From assembly GCF_009914755.1 (NCBI RefSeq), contig NC_060937.1: a stretch of DNA of 64,000 nucleotides; one strand, 5' to 3'. Within the stretch, counting starts at the first letter, position 1; the number at the start of each line of letters is the position of its first letter. A program made the position numbers and the translations under genes. The notes under the pieces are model-generated. The model was not told the DNA's origin. It did no database searches and was given only the letters and a program-made list of their open reading frames with translations. Source of the DNA: the human T2T-CHM13v2.0 reference genome, Homo sapiens. Positions 12,928 through 25,904 of the stretch are shown in pieces.

Positions 12928-15900
12928 GTGATCTTAATCTTGAATGTTGCCTATCTAAATTAGGTTTCACTGACACATTGTATTGAAATAATATCAATTT
13001 TGTGAGACTATCAGAGCTAGTTTGACTTTTTAGAATATTAGATATTTCCCTTTGATTCAAGTAATATGGCTCCAATTCATCAATGAAAATATTCCCAAGA
13101 TGTATAAATTCCAGTTGGGACCTGTGTTGATGAGTCCTCATAGACCGAGATGACCCTTACCACAGTACCTACCTGGAATTTGGCTCATGGAGATAATACC
13201 CTTCACTGCAGCTAAAGAAGTGAAAGCTGAGCTTGTTGGGAGACTTGTCAACCAAGTAATGCCTGCTTTTCTTGTGTAAGAAATAGCCCTAACTTGGAAC
13301 ACTTCTATTCTTGCCGGAAAACTGTCCAAAACAGTTCAGATGTGAACTCTTTACAGTACCTCTTTGCTTGAATTATCTGGGCCTGTGGTTGATTAAGCAC
13401 AAAGTGGACACATAAGTATCTTCCTGAGAAAACAGTGAGGCTATTCAGTGCCTCCTCAGGAAACACAACTCTTTTTGTAAGGTTTGGTCTCCTCCGGGGC
13501 AAGACTTCAGAGATTATACAAACTATGTCTCCCCTGCCAGGGAAATATGCCAAAGTCAGGAGTACCAAACAGACATAAGAATGGGGTTAGAGGTGGAAGA
13601 GAATGGGGGTGTCTTTCTTTGCAACAACCAGGAAAGTGTAACACATCTCCCTGGTATGAGTGTATTTGTCTACAATGCAATCCTTTGCAATGGATTTAGG
13701 AAATCCTTTTGGGGGAACATTATCTAGGATAAACAAAAAGAAAAGCACCTTTCTGTTTTACTTTTCTTGCCGTTTCATACTGCTAGAATTACTTTTGGGG
13801 GCTTCCTCGTGAATTGACAGAAAGCAGTGATGGTCACTGTGTTTGGTTAACAACTGATATCCAGTCCCTGGAAATTCTGTAGTCCTAGCAAGGGGGTGAA
13901 AAGGGGGATGAAGAACGGTGTGGATATTGTCACTGGCCTTTGTTTACCCCAAGATACCAAGATTTAGTGATCTGAGGAGAGTAAAATCCTGAGGCTCCTG
14001 TTTTCTCAAGTGGAAACTTTCATTTGTCAAAGATGTATACATTTATTCTGACTTGGAGTAGGAAAAGTTTTCTAGTGTAAACACAGGGTTGCACTATCCG
14101 TATGTGCAAAACACCATCCTCCAAACGTAGCCAAGACCAGATGATGCAGATTTTAATATCTTACCTTTCCTTTTCTCATGGTTTGACACTCCCCTGGGAT
14201 ATTCTATTCTCTGAGCACAAAGTACACCAACACCAGTAGAAAAAAACCTGTTTGCTTCCTGTGTGTTGGTGGCAGAATGTCAGAGCCTGTAAAAAATTCG
14301 AATGGAACTTGGTTATATTTCTCTTTCAAGAGACACCCACAGCCAATTTATCAAGGGAACTGGGGAGAAATCCAGGTTGGGACTATTGTTAATTGGTTTT
14401 GAATTTATGATTCTGAAAAACTTATAATTATGAATAACTGTTTCTTGGAGTCATCCCAAATTTATTCCAAAACAAGAAGCAAATGTTCTTAATGTATTTG
14501 AAATGCATTGTCCCTGTATCTTCAGACTCGAATATACTTTGACTCCACCTCCAAGTAATTCTCATATGAATTAATGTATTAAGTGTTCCCTTTTTAACCT
14601 TTTACATTTCTTGTGCTAATGTATTTCTATTTTAATCTAATTATTATTCTTTTAAATATCAGATCTCAAAATGCAGCATATTAAAAAAATGAACTGCAAA
14701 GCTATTCTTTACAAGTTATGAAGGTCATCTGCCCACATTGTTGTCTTGGTGATTGGATTTTCTTCTTCACTGTTTTCCCATATGGACCCCAAAGGCCCAA
14801 AAGTTGTATCTTCAGTTTAGTTGGCCTTTCTTCACAGAAGAAGATAATGTTTCTCTTGCTATATACTTGTATATGTTCTTTATTTTGCTTCTTGTTTCAA
14901 GTATCTGTCCTATGCTTAAAGGCTTTAGATTTATTTTTCAATTTTCTCTAGAAGACCATTCACAACTTGGTTTTCCAGATCTTCTTTTTTATTTTCTCTA
15001 GAACGTTGGATGAGAATTCTGCCTTCTTCATGGCTAGTTTTTCCCATGGGCTCTTCTTTTATTTATACTGACTATATTGTGTTTACTTTTATTGACTTCT
15101 CAATTGGGTTATCCAGGCCTTTTCCTTGATTCATAAATCCTGGGTTCATTTCTGTGTTCTCTCTCTCTCTCTCTTTCTCATAGAAAGCAGGTGCATAGTG
15201 GATAAGTGGACTGTAGACATAGGTTTGGGGATATCAGTTTTATATTTATTTAGAAGTTGACTGACAGGATCAGAATATGGAGGATAAGCAGATTGAACCA
15301 GAGGAGCTATATTTCAGAAAAATGTGAATTATTTTTGGAAAATTTGCTTGTAATAACTATAGAGAGAGGGGATGCCAAGGTAAAGGATCTGATGATAAAG
15401 ATGCCAGATGAATACCTACAAAGGATAAAAGAATAGGACTGCATTTCCATGGTTATGAAAACCTAAATGTTAGGGAAAGACTAGTCATCAAAGAAATAAA
15501 GAACTTGAATGAGGGTGGAGGTCAAGGTTGCAGTGAGGTCATAGGGTTCTGATTATAAAACCCAGAGGAAGGGGCAAATTAAGTAGCCATGACTCCAGAA
15601 TTAAGACTCAATGACTTAAGAAAGGAATCAATATTAGACTCAACCTAAGGCAAGTGTATCTGGAATCCCATGTAAAGATTTTCCCCAGAAGACCAGCAAG
15701 AGACAGATTGAAATTTGAAAAAGCTAGACTTTGGGTGTGTACTCTGCAGACTGAGCAACTAGCTGGATAGCTATAATTTAGCCCTCTGGGTAGAGTTTGT
15801 CACCTGAAATAGCAAGGCCTTAAGGCAAAGCAAAGTCATAAAGCAAAGGAGTTGATGTTTGAAAATGAGACATTAGGCCCTGACTCTTCTCCTAACTGCT

Positions 15901-16324
15901 GGGCAGTCTCTGCAGATAATGGAATTTCAGGAGCCCACTGTTTCAAGGGGTGCTTGGCAGATATTTTCCATCATTGTTCTTGAATTTCTTTTTTACTTTG
16001 TTGCACACTATACTATGAGTCACCTATGATAGACGTTCCTACTTTTCTTCTTTATTCTGTCTCTAAATTATTAGGAGCTGGGGATATGGTAAAGATTAAA
16101 TGAGACCCAGTAGGAGGAAGCACTATATGAGCAGAGGAGCATATAAACTGAAGGCAATTTCTCTGAATTGGGATTGGATTTTGAGGGTGTACTAATGCTG
16201 TTATTCTCTGATTTCATTAAGATCAAGTGAACTCTAAGTGTGACATCATAATATTTTAGATAAATATTTATAATATTTAATATTTAAAATATTAATCTAA
16301 ATATCATAATATTTAGATAAATAT

Positions 16325-17900
16325 TTTTCAGCAAACATTTTTTGAGCATGCAGTGGGCATTTGGGCCTGGTCTAAGCAATGGAGCTACAAGGTGAAGAAT
16401 TGAGGCTGCTATGGGGTCTGTAGGGGAGGCCAGGGGCACTCAGTTTTGTGCAACCTCAAGTTAGTGTGATTTGCAGGACTCTCTTTAAGAAAAAAATTTT
16501 GAAATTACAAATATAAATTTAAGTATAGAAGGGATTTTATTTAAAGTGAGAAAAGAGATGCCAACAAATTTCCAATAAAAAAAAAAAATCTAACAAATAC
16601 CACAAACATCACAAAATCCAAGGGAAAAAACCCTACATGGTATTTTTCTTAATAAACTGTCTAACAAACCTCTGTTAGATTTTTCCTCATATATATTGGC
16701 TGTGTACTCTTTGATAATGTCTTCATGTAACAGTGACTTTTAAATATGATTTTCTATAGAGAGACCAGAAACATAATTTGGTCTCTCCTCTTGCATGGTT
16801 CATTAAATTTTGTTTTTTTAATAATTGATTTTTTGACTAGATCTGATTGAAAGCCAAATCATTCTCTTACAATTTTGTATACTTAAAGATTGGAAAGAAG
16901 TTCAATAGATTTAAAACCTTGTTCCACCTAAGTACCTTCACAAAGTGCCGGGCACATCAGACCGTTCTTACTGTGATGTAGCCTCTGGCCTTGCCTGCCC
17001 CTGAGCGTCACAGCACAGGGTGAATCAGCCCCATGGGCAGTAGGAGGTATTTCTAGAAGCCAATGCTACACCAGACAGCTAGTGTCACTTCACTAGACAT
17101 TGAAGTGATTATAAACCACATAAATATAGCTTATTAAAGCCAAATAAGTGATTCTCTAACTCAACTCTCCCTAAGCTGAATCCCCAAAATGCTCTCAGCC
17201 ATTCCAAGCTACCCAACTTGAGGAGACTTGTACAAAGGGAATTAGGGACTGATCAGAGTAGAAAGAAACCCTAGACTTAACCTGTCACAATTAAAATAGA
17301 TTAGAGCTGCAAATTTTACAAAGTTCTTGGACCTCAGGAACATATGAGACCCAGTGTCTTTGAAAATAAAAGGCCCTGATGCTGATGTTTAGTTAACCCG
17401 TACCTCAGTCTGCCTCTGGGGAGGCCAGTAGGTAACCTGAGTGGGTGAACGAAGACTCCACAGTGGTATTAAACTTTTAGCTAAGTCTTGAAAGATAAGG
17501 AGATATTTTTTAGGAGGTCAGTGGAAATGGCCAGGCCTAGTAGGAGGTGCCAGCAAAGGAGAAAAAGAAGAAATGGTAAGAGAGAAAGAGAAGGGCAACC
17601 AGGTGAGAATGACCTCTTTGGAGAGTGTTAGAGAAAATTTCAACAAGAAATGGTTAAATGCTATTAAAAATGGAAGTGAGTCCAAGTAGTTGACAACGTG
17701 AAAGAGTCTATTGTCAATCAGGAAGCCACATGGGGATCTTTGTCAATGCAATCTCAAAGACGTAGTGGAAGTCAAAGCCCAGTTTTAATGAGCTGAAAAG
17801 TGAATAGATTACAAGCAAGTTGACTTTGATAGTTCAAGAAGTGCACCTGGGAAGGAAAGAAGATGCATAGTGCTGTGGTTATAAGAAAGCTTGGAGATGA
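16325..17900 (-). mobile_element. L2 fragments split by Arthur1 (about 16325-16422 and 17419-17900)
   Basis: CAGCAAACATTTTTTGAGCA resembles the L2 3' end on the minus strand; purine-rich L2-like continuation after 17419. Confidence 0.5.
16431..17418 (-). mobile_element. hAT-Tip100 DNA transposon, Arthur1-like non-autonomous element
   Basis: TIR-like ends CAGGGGCA...TGCCTCTG; body matches recalled Arthur1 (ACAAATACCACAAACATCACAAAATCCA; TGGGCAGTAGGAG); flanking direct repeat GGGAGGC. Confidence 0.75.
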
Positions 17901-18329
17901 AGGACTCTTCATTGGTATTTATTTTTAATTAAAGAAGAGTTTAACCAAACATGTCAGGAATGCCCCGTAAGTGGAGTGACTTCCTGGTCTGAGCAGAGGG
18001 CATGTGGTCTCCATTTGCTTATAATTTCACTTACCCTTGCTTCTTAGTACTCTAAAATTTTCAGGAATAGCTTACCAACACCAACCAACAGAGCAGTAGA
18101 CAAGTCCTCTAGAGAGTGTATGTGCTCATCTTGACATTCCAAGGAATAGCCCACACCTTGCCCCTGCCCTGTGGTCCCACATATCAGAAGTACAGCTGTT
18201 CACATTCTATTCTTCTCTTTTCTCCCAGCTTCCAATCTCATTCCCCCCACCCCCCCACATCAACCCTTCAACCCCTCTCTCTTTCTCTCTCTCCATCATT
18301 TTTTTGTGTGTGATATGGAATATTCTCCA

Positions 18330-18575
18330 TGCAATTAGCTATTCTTCACAGATACAGGTTTTAAATGGCTGCATTGTATTCTGTGACATGAATTAATCAT
18401 TACTTATCTCGTTGGACATTTGGTCTGTTTCAAGATGATTGTTCAGTCATCTAAATTTTTGTGTACAGTGGTGATTTCCTGAGGATATATTTCAAAAAAT
18501 GTCAAGAAATGGAATCACGTGCACAAAAAAGTCATGTTTTTATGGCTTTTGACATATATTACCAAATTGTTTTCC
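18330..18575 (-). mobile_element. Old L1 (L1M) 3' fragment
   Basis: AATGGCTGCATTGTATTC, TTGGACATTTGG, TATTACCAAATTGTTTTCC resemble an antisense L1M 3' region. Confidence 0.6.
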
Positions 18576-19600
18576 CGGTAACTCAAATGCTTGATGATAA
18601 CGAAGCTCTGAGAGAATGTAAGCCTTTGCCTTTGGTTGAACACATTTACATAACATGGTAAAATGGAAAGCCAGAAGAAATCATCTGACACACTTAGGGA
18701 AAAACCAGATTTGATTGTTTTTGCCCATATTTTGAATTTACTAAGTTATACAGTGCTGGCCTCCACATTTTCCACTTGTGAAAATGTATTAAGATAAATT
18801 AAATTGCTTCAGACATGCAGCTGAATTTCTCTGGTTCCCAGACTGTGGTTATTCCCTTGACTGGTCAGCCTGGGGTGAAAAGCACTTCCTGGCAGTCAGC
18901 AGGTGTGTTGTGCTGGAATCTAGAAACATGACAACCAACAAGAGGAAGGCTTTATCTACCAGATTAAACAAAAGGCATGGTGGATGCATAAGGGGTAGCA
19001 GTAAACATAACCTCAAGGAGAGGGGCTGAAGGACCTACCTCCTGCCTAGTACCCCACAGGGCTCTGAGCCTGGTCCCTTCCGGGTTGTAGTCTCTGATCC
19101 CCAGATTCTAGGATCTTGCTGAATGGCCTGAGGACAAAAGACATTTTCCAGAGGCTTCCCCTAAGAAGGTTTGCCAAATTTCTGGGAATACGTACAAAGC
19201 TTGAGCCACAGAAAGCCTGAGTGATCCGTGAATATAAACACATCAGTAGTGAAGTCCAGCTTTACGTTTTTGAAAAAAGCCCCTTTTAAAAATGTCTTGG
19301 TTTTCAAAATAGTACGTTTCCCAAATTATATTTATAGAGTAGCATCAAACAAGAAAGCTCTTTGATAAAACCCTGCCTATTTCTGGAAGGGTGGAGATGG
19401 GAAGATGTGGATGGGAGTAATGTTTGTTCACAGGCCGTTAGCTGCTGAGCTTTGATCATTCTGCAGAAAAGAGGTAAGATCGTTATGCCACCAATCCGTA
19501 CCCTCAAACTGAACCTTGTTAATAAGTCTTGTCTCATCCACTCCATTAATGATCAGCAAATGACTAGAACTCTGGCCAAAAGGCCTAGACATCAGGATGA

Positions 19601-19637
19601 ATGTCAAATAACAGCTGACACTGCCAACTAAAAATAG
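19601..19637. promoter_or_regulatory. Candidate enhancer core: MEIS sites, E-box, NFI half-site and MEF2 site
   Basis: TGTCA 19602, CAGCTG 19612-19617, TGACA 19616, TGCCAA 19622, CTAAAAATAG 19628-19637 in repeat-poor DNA. Confidence 0.4.
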
Positions 19638-22364
19638 CACTTTGGATTTAAATGGGTGACTCAGACTTGATTTCCTATGCTTGCCTGGGATAATACGGTA
19701 CAGAGCAGGGTTGTTTTATGTTTTTCTTTTTTCCTTTCATGTGAAAGGAGGGTTTTATTGCAATCGTCTGGGCAGTGAGCTCAGAGTCAGCTCTGTGGGA
19801 GTTGAGTGCACCCAAACTTCTACCTCCGAGGCCCTGGGGGCACCTGGCACTGTCGGCTTCCTAAGCACATCTGTGCACTTGACCTTGCAGTCCAGGTCAG
19901 CAAAGAATGAGAGATGGCTTAGGAAGTTATGTCAAAATTTAACACCATTTCCAGAAATTTCTCCCTTTGTGTTCTTCCCATCATTCTCCTTCACACAATG
20001 GAACCAATTAAAAGGCTAACCAGTTAATTGCAAATGACACAAGCTACATAACCCAGGACACCTCTTGAAAGAGATGGCAAACTGGAAAACCAAATGTATC
20101 TTTCCAGAATATGCCCATATATATAATGAATATTAAAATGTTGACCAAATTGACCAGATAAATATTTAAATAAGGTCTATAATGGAACATTACATCTGTC
20201 GCTCATTTGAGTTAAATACATTTTCACTGAGTTAGTTAATTAATATTTGCTAATCAGATTGGTCAATGAGGTTTTCCTAGTTTCAAACAGTGACAGAATA
20301 TGTCAGGCCAACCAAAGATGTTTCAACTATGCATTCCCAAGGTTTTTGCCCCATCAAATGCATACCCCTGGAATCTAGATAAGTCTCTATTTACATACAA
20401 GCGTCTCCTCCCCTTGTACATTTTCCCACCCTACAGCCCGTTGCCAGATCCCGTTATACTCAGGGAATATCCTGTCTGCCTAGGCTCCCTTCCTGGCTAT
20501 TAGAAGTCAAAGCCCTTCGCGTGACAGTAAGAACGGAGCCTGAAAACGATTCTGCAAGTCTGGTTTCTACAGGGATCACGGGCCAATAATACCTGTCCAG
20601 AACTCACTTACCAGTTCCAAGTGGGTCAGCACAGCAAGAGGACATCAAATTGTGAAACCTACTAGTTATGGAGCTAGGCAGAACTGAGGTTATGATGAGG
20701 TTCAGAGTTTAGACAATGAAGCTTTGAGGAAAATTCCCATAGCTGGGAATTCATAGCAGCTTTACTGTACTTCTTAAACCTCAGACTTAGATGTGGGAGG
20801 AGCACCTGGAGTTGATACAAAGTAGATGCAGCAGCCAGTGGCACTCAAATTCAGAGTCAGAGCTCCCAAAAAAATTCAGTTAAGAAATCACAACCTAGTC
20901 AATTCTCAGCCTGTAGGCTAAAATCAAGTGTGAGAAAATCGCAGCCCATAGACCCTAGCCCAAATAAACTGGACTCTTTCCACAACTATGCTGGCCTTTT
21001 GCAGTAAGCCTAAGTGCTTTAAGGATGTATCTGTTCTGGATCTCACTGTTAGGCTGTGGTCAGACAGGCTGGTGAGCTGGGAAAAGCCTTTGTGAGGCCC
21101 GGAAACTCTTTGGTGGCTGGGAGCAACTTGGGAAGGGGGAAATCCCCTCTGGCCTTATCTGTCCAAGCCCTGCTTTCTTCTCTCCTCTATCTTCCACTCC
21201 TTTCTTCTCTCCACGAGTGCCTCAGAACCATCAAACCCTCTAGTGCCTTAGCCCTGATGTTAGGACGCTGTTGGGGCCTTGGGCGTGGCTGCTGAGTGCC
21301 CAGTCTCTGGAAGTGAGTCGTCCATTTGTTGGGATGGACAGGGACCCTGCACAGGGACCCTGTGGTTGATACTGTCTTGTTCCAGTGCTGGTTTTGAATC
21401 TTGGCCAACAGAACACAGAGCTCGTGCCACATGCAGTGAGCATAGCCCCTCCTTGGAGCCTGCCTACCTTTTCCCAAAGGAAGAAGAGTGGACAGTTTTG
21501 CAAACAGGAAAGGAGAATTTATGTGCTTCAGGAAGGGCAGTGCCTCTAAGAGGGAGAAATAACACTTGTTAAGAGGGAGAAGCTGTGTCTAACTGTGTCT
21601 TTCTTGGTTTGCCTAAATGTAGGCCATTCAGTGGCTTCTCAGGAGAGAGATAGGAGCGAGGGAGGGAGAGAACGGGAGAGATATGCAGGGAAGGAGATTA
21701 ACCTGGCATCTTGTTATTGCAAAAGAAGTGCCACAGGAAATAACAATGTCTGGAGAAAGAGTAAATAAAGTGCCCTTGTGGCGCAAGAAGGAATGGGATG
21801 AGGGATGGACTTCCTATTGAAAACTGGACTTTGGCAGTGGAAGCTGGTTGTGAGTTACTCAGACTTGTAACTAATGAAATCTTTCATTAGGTTGGAGGGT
21901 GGATGGGTTACTTTCGATAAATTATTTCCAGGGATTTTGCTCGTTCCTCGAATTCCTTCCTGAATGGATCTGGGATAAAATGCTGAATCAAAGTGTCAGG
22001 CAGGAGCTGCAGCACGGCAATCCAAATGATAAACAAGGGTAAGGGAAGGCCCAGCAAACGGCAGGATCTGAAGTTTCTGGCACCAAAAGAAAAGCTTACA
22101 ACCCAGGTCCTACCTTGGAATTGCCCTTTATTATAAACTTTTGAATGATTCGAGCATAAAGCAAAGTTAGTTTCTGATTTGTTAGACTCATTATGAAAAT
22201 ATTATTGGTAATACAGAACTCACGTAAGCAAATACAACAATATCATAAAGGTCTAAAAGTGACCTGGTGAACTCTACCTAATGCTATTGGATATATAATC
22301 CCCACGTGAAGTTTCCTTTTTTGCAGATTCATTTAAGAGCCCTTCAACACTGATTAGATAACGA

Positions 22365-23510
22365 GGAAAATGGCAACTACAAGATTTGAAACCCAAGTGG
22401 CCAAGGAAATAGAGTTGCCATTAATGGAAATAGAAAAGACCCCAGGAATGACTGGCTTGAGAGAAAGCTGATGTCACATGCTGAGTGTGAGATGTTGGAG
22501 AGATACCGAGTTAGAAACAGTACCTTGGAGGCAGGAGTGACTTGGAAAAAGTTCTAGGAATTAGTCATAGTAGAAGCCAAGGAAGTAGATATGATCAAAA
22601 AGTGAGAGATGGTGAGGGAGCAGAGAAGGATGCGAAAAAGACACCTGGAAAATGCAACTGTGTGGGGATTGGCCAAGGACAGGAATCCCTGGAGATGGAA
22701 ACGAGGAAATGGAAATAAACTAAGGAGAGAACCAGCACAGAGCATTTGTATGGAGGCCAAGGGAGAGTGTAATCAACAGTGGCCTACAAGGCCTTACTTA
22801 GATGGCCTGGGTTCTGTAGCTCTCTGACGCCTTCCTATGAGCTTTCCCTCAACTTTTTCCTCTCTAGTGCCCTGGCCTCCTTGCTGCTCCCTGAACACAC
22901 AGACATGTCCTGTTAGGGCCTTAGCACTGGCTATAGCCTCTACCTGGAGCACCCTCTCTCTGAGGTCCACATGGCTCTCTCTCTCTCTCCTCCTGCAAGT
23001 CTCTGTTGTCACCTTCTCAGTGAAATGTACCCAACGGCCCTTGCAACACCAAGACTTCCTCCTACATGCACCTCTGTGACTCCCTACCCTGCCCTATTTT
23101 CCTTTTTTCTCTAGCTTTTGTTTATTAATACTAGATCATTTACTTACTAATTTGTCTATGTGGTTAATTCATAACCACTACTAATAATTTACATATTATG
23201 TATGTTATATAGTGTCTGCCTCCCTACACCAATAAAATATAACCTTTATGAAGGCAGAGATCTCTGTTTTATTAACCTATCCTAAGTGCCTAGAACAGTG
23301 CTTGATACAGAGAAACACTCGATGACTATTTATTGAAGGAAGAATGAACAGTGTTGAATGCTGCTGAGAAGGAAAGGAGAATGGTACCGAGGCAAGGTCA
23401 TTGGATGGATGTTTTAGGAAGTGCTTGGCAATGCTAAGGAGAGCAGTTGCAGGAGAGTAATTGGAGAGTGGAGTGGATAAGTGGGGCAGGGTAGGGGAAG
23501 TGAAAGCAGC
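22365..23510 (-). mobile_element. Older L2 split by an opposite-orientation L2a (about 22365-22781 and 23347-23510)
   Basis: L2 antisense text TCAACAGTG...GTGTTGAATGCTGCTGAGA is continuous across the nested insert. Confidence 0.6.
22782..23348 (+). mobile_element. L2a 3' portion
   Basis: GGCCTCCTTGCTGCTCCCTGAACAC, GTCACCTTCTCAGTGA, GTGCCTAGAACAGTGC and terminal TATTGAAGGAAGAATGAA. Confidence 0.8.
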
Positions 23511-24754
23511 AAAGATCATAGTGCCTAAATCACAGAGCAAATTAATGTTTGGGCATAATATTTAAAATTCTGGAACTGTAAGTAACTGCATCAGGTCTTT
23601 CTGAGTCTGGTATTGGAAGACATAAGGCACATCACTGGTAGGCAATCACAACAGGCTGGCCTGTGAGGAGTTGCAATTTAGAGGTCAGGATGTGACTTGC
23701 AGTGTATCCAGATTCATGTAATAATGCGCTGTTCTGTAAGGGAGGTACACAGCGTGGTCAAGTACAACCTATTTTAAGACAGGCAATTTTTGCAAAATTG
23801 AAAGCTACAAATCACATGAGTCAAGGGTGATGGATTTAGATGAAGATAAGAGAGGAAGGGGAAGTGGGAAACTGAGAGAACAGCTAGGGCTAAACAAAAA
23901 GCACAGGAAGAAAACAGCAGGGAGAAGACACCTCCCTGCTGAGGAAAGGCGACAATCTGGGCCTGCCCCGGAGAAAACAGCCCCATCCCAGGGCCACAAG
24001 GGAGGAAAGGGCAAGCCAAGGAGGAGGCCATTCTTGGAAGTTAAGACGGCCAGAGGAAAACAACAAGCACAATTATAGAAAGATCTGCAGAAAGGGGATC
24101 TGCTGGAGGAGGGAGAAATTGGAACTTGAGACAGTGAATAAGCCAGAAATCAAAGGCTCAAGGAGGAGAGAGAAAGAGAAAACCTTGAGGGCAGTCAAAG
24201 GAGGAATAAACCCACTTCAAGAACATGCTCCAAGAATAGGAGAGAACATGCAAGGGCACACAGAGAGCTAAAGGAGAAACTTGAGAAACAAAAACTAAGA
24301 AGAGGGAAATGAAAATCTGAATGCACCTTTTGTATGAGACACTGGGAAGTGTTCGAGTGTGGAATTTGTTTGATGATGGGTCATTAGTTCATTCTGTTGT
24401 AGCATGCACTTGCACACATAACATAAACACCTGGTGAGGGTGAGATGCAGAGAGCTGGGGCCCAGGAGGGGAAAGGGATGTTTAATTCAGACCTACACGC
24501 GTTCGTCTAAGGCTTTGGTAGTGTTTAACTCTAGAGAACCTGGAATGGGCTCACTAGGAGCCCATTAACTGGTGAAATGTGGAACCTCTTAGGAAAAATT
24601 TACAACACTTTTCTTATGTGGGATGCGAGGCTTCATTGATGAGCTAGACCCGCCTACTGTTTGTCCTGGAGAACACAGTATCTCCTTTGGTGAGAGGTGA
24701 CTTTCCTGTGTCTTAGGACTTGGCAGGGGGCTTTTCTTAAGTAACAAAAACCAC

Positions 24755-25620
24755 ACAAGAACAACAGTGAACATCGATTAGACAGTTTCATGACCATGAA
24801 CTGTGCTAAGCTCTTTATATACGGTAGCTCCTTACTATTCACAAATTCTGCATTCATCTACTTGCTAAAATTTATTTATGACCCCAAAATCAATACTTGC
24901 AATGCTTTCATGGTCATTCATGGACAAGTACAGAGCAGAGGATAATTTAAGTCCCCCAGTGAGCATGCACCTTCCTCATGACGCTTTGCCTTTTAGTTTC
25001 AGCTCTCATACCATAAACTGGGGTCCTTGTGGTGGTCTATTCAGTGCCACATTTTTTTGCACTTTTGTAGATATTTCACTGTTTCAAATAGCCTCCAAGC
25101 TAGTGCTGAAGTGCTGTCTGGCGTTCCCATGTGCAAGGAGGCTGTGGTCTGCCTTACAGAGAATACATGGTTACATAAATCTCCACTAGGCATGAGTTAT
25201 AGTTCTGTTGGTTGGGAGTTTAATGTTAAATAATCAGTCAAATATATTGAATAAAGTGCCTTTAAACAGAAACACATATAAAACAAGGGAATGTATTGAT
25301 TGGTTGACAAAAGTATTGTGACCAGTAACTCACAAGAACCTAACTCTGTATTTCTGTAAGGAGCATTGTTTCAGTATTTGCTAATTCAGTACTTGGAGTG
25401 ACTTTATGGAATAGAACTGCCACAAACAATGAGAATCAACTGTACGTTATTTCCTTTAATAGTTACAGGTCGATAAAGTAATTCTATAAAGGGCCAATTT
25501 TATAGAAATATAGGCCTAGAGGAATGTTAGGCCTTAAATGTTATGTTCAAGGTCATAATACTGGTAAGGGACTCGAGCCCAGCTCTGACTCCAGACCAGC
25601 ACATGGTGTTTATGCTGCCC
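24755..25620 (-). mobile_element. MIR split by MER82 (about 24755-24821 and 25445-25620)
   Basis: CTGTGCTAAG before the insert; TTCAAGGTCA...CTGACTCCAGA after it. Confidence 0.55.
24822..25442 (+). mobile_element. TcMar-Tigger non-autonomous transposon, MER82-like
   Basis: CTACTTGCTAAAATTTATTTATGACCCCAAAATCAATAC...GAGAATCAACTG; TA dinucleotide on each side (24820-24821 and 25443-25444). Confidence 0.85.
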
Positions 25621-25904
25621 TAGGGTGAGGGTGTGGAGGGGAAAGATGGATTCCACATAGTGGAGGGAGGATTTTATTCATGAACAAACATGAGCTGACT
25701 CCAGGAGACTCCTAGGAATTGTTTAATAGGAATTTAAAGTAAAACTGGAATTTTTGAAATCACAAGTAGAGAAGGAACCAGGAAAATACTGTTTGTTATT
25801 GTTACGACCTTAGTTTATATTCCTGAATGCTGTGGCCTACAGAAACTTGGGGCTACGTGAGGTTGTGATCATGCTTTGAAAAGAATAAAAACACTATGCA
25901 AATA

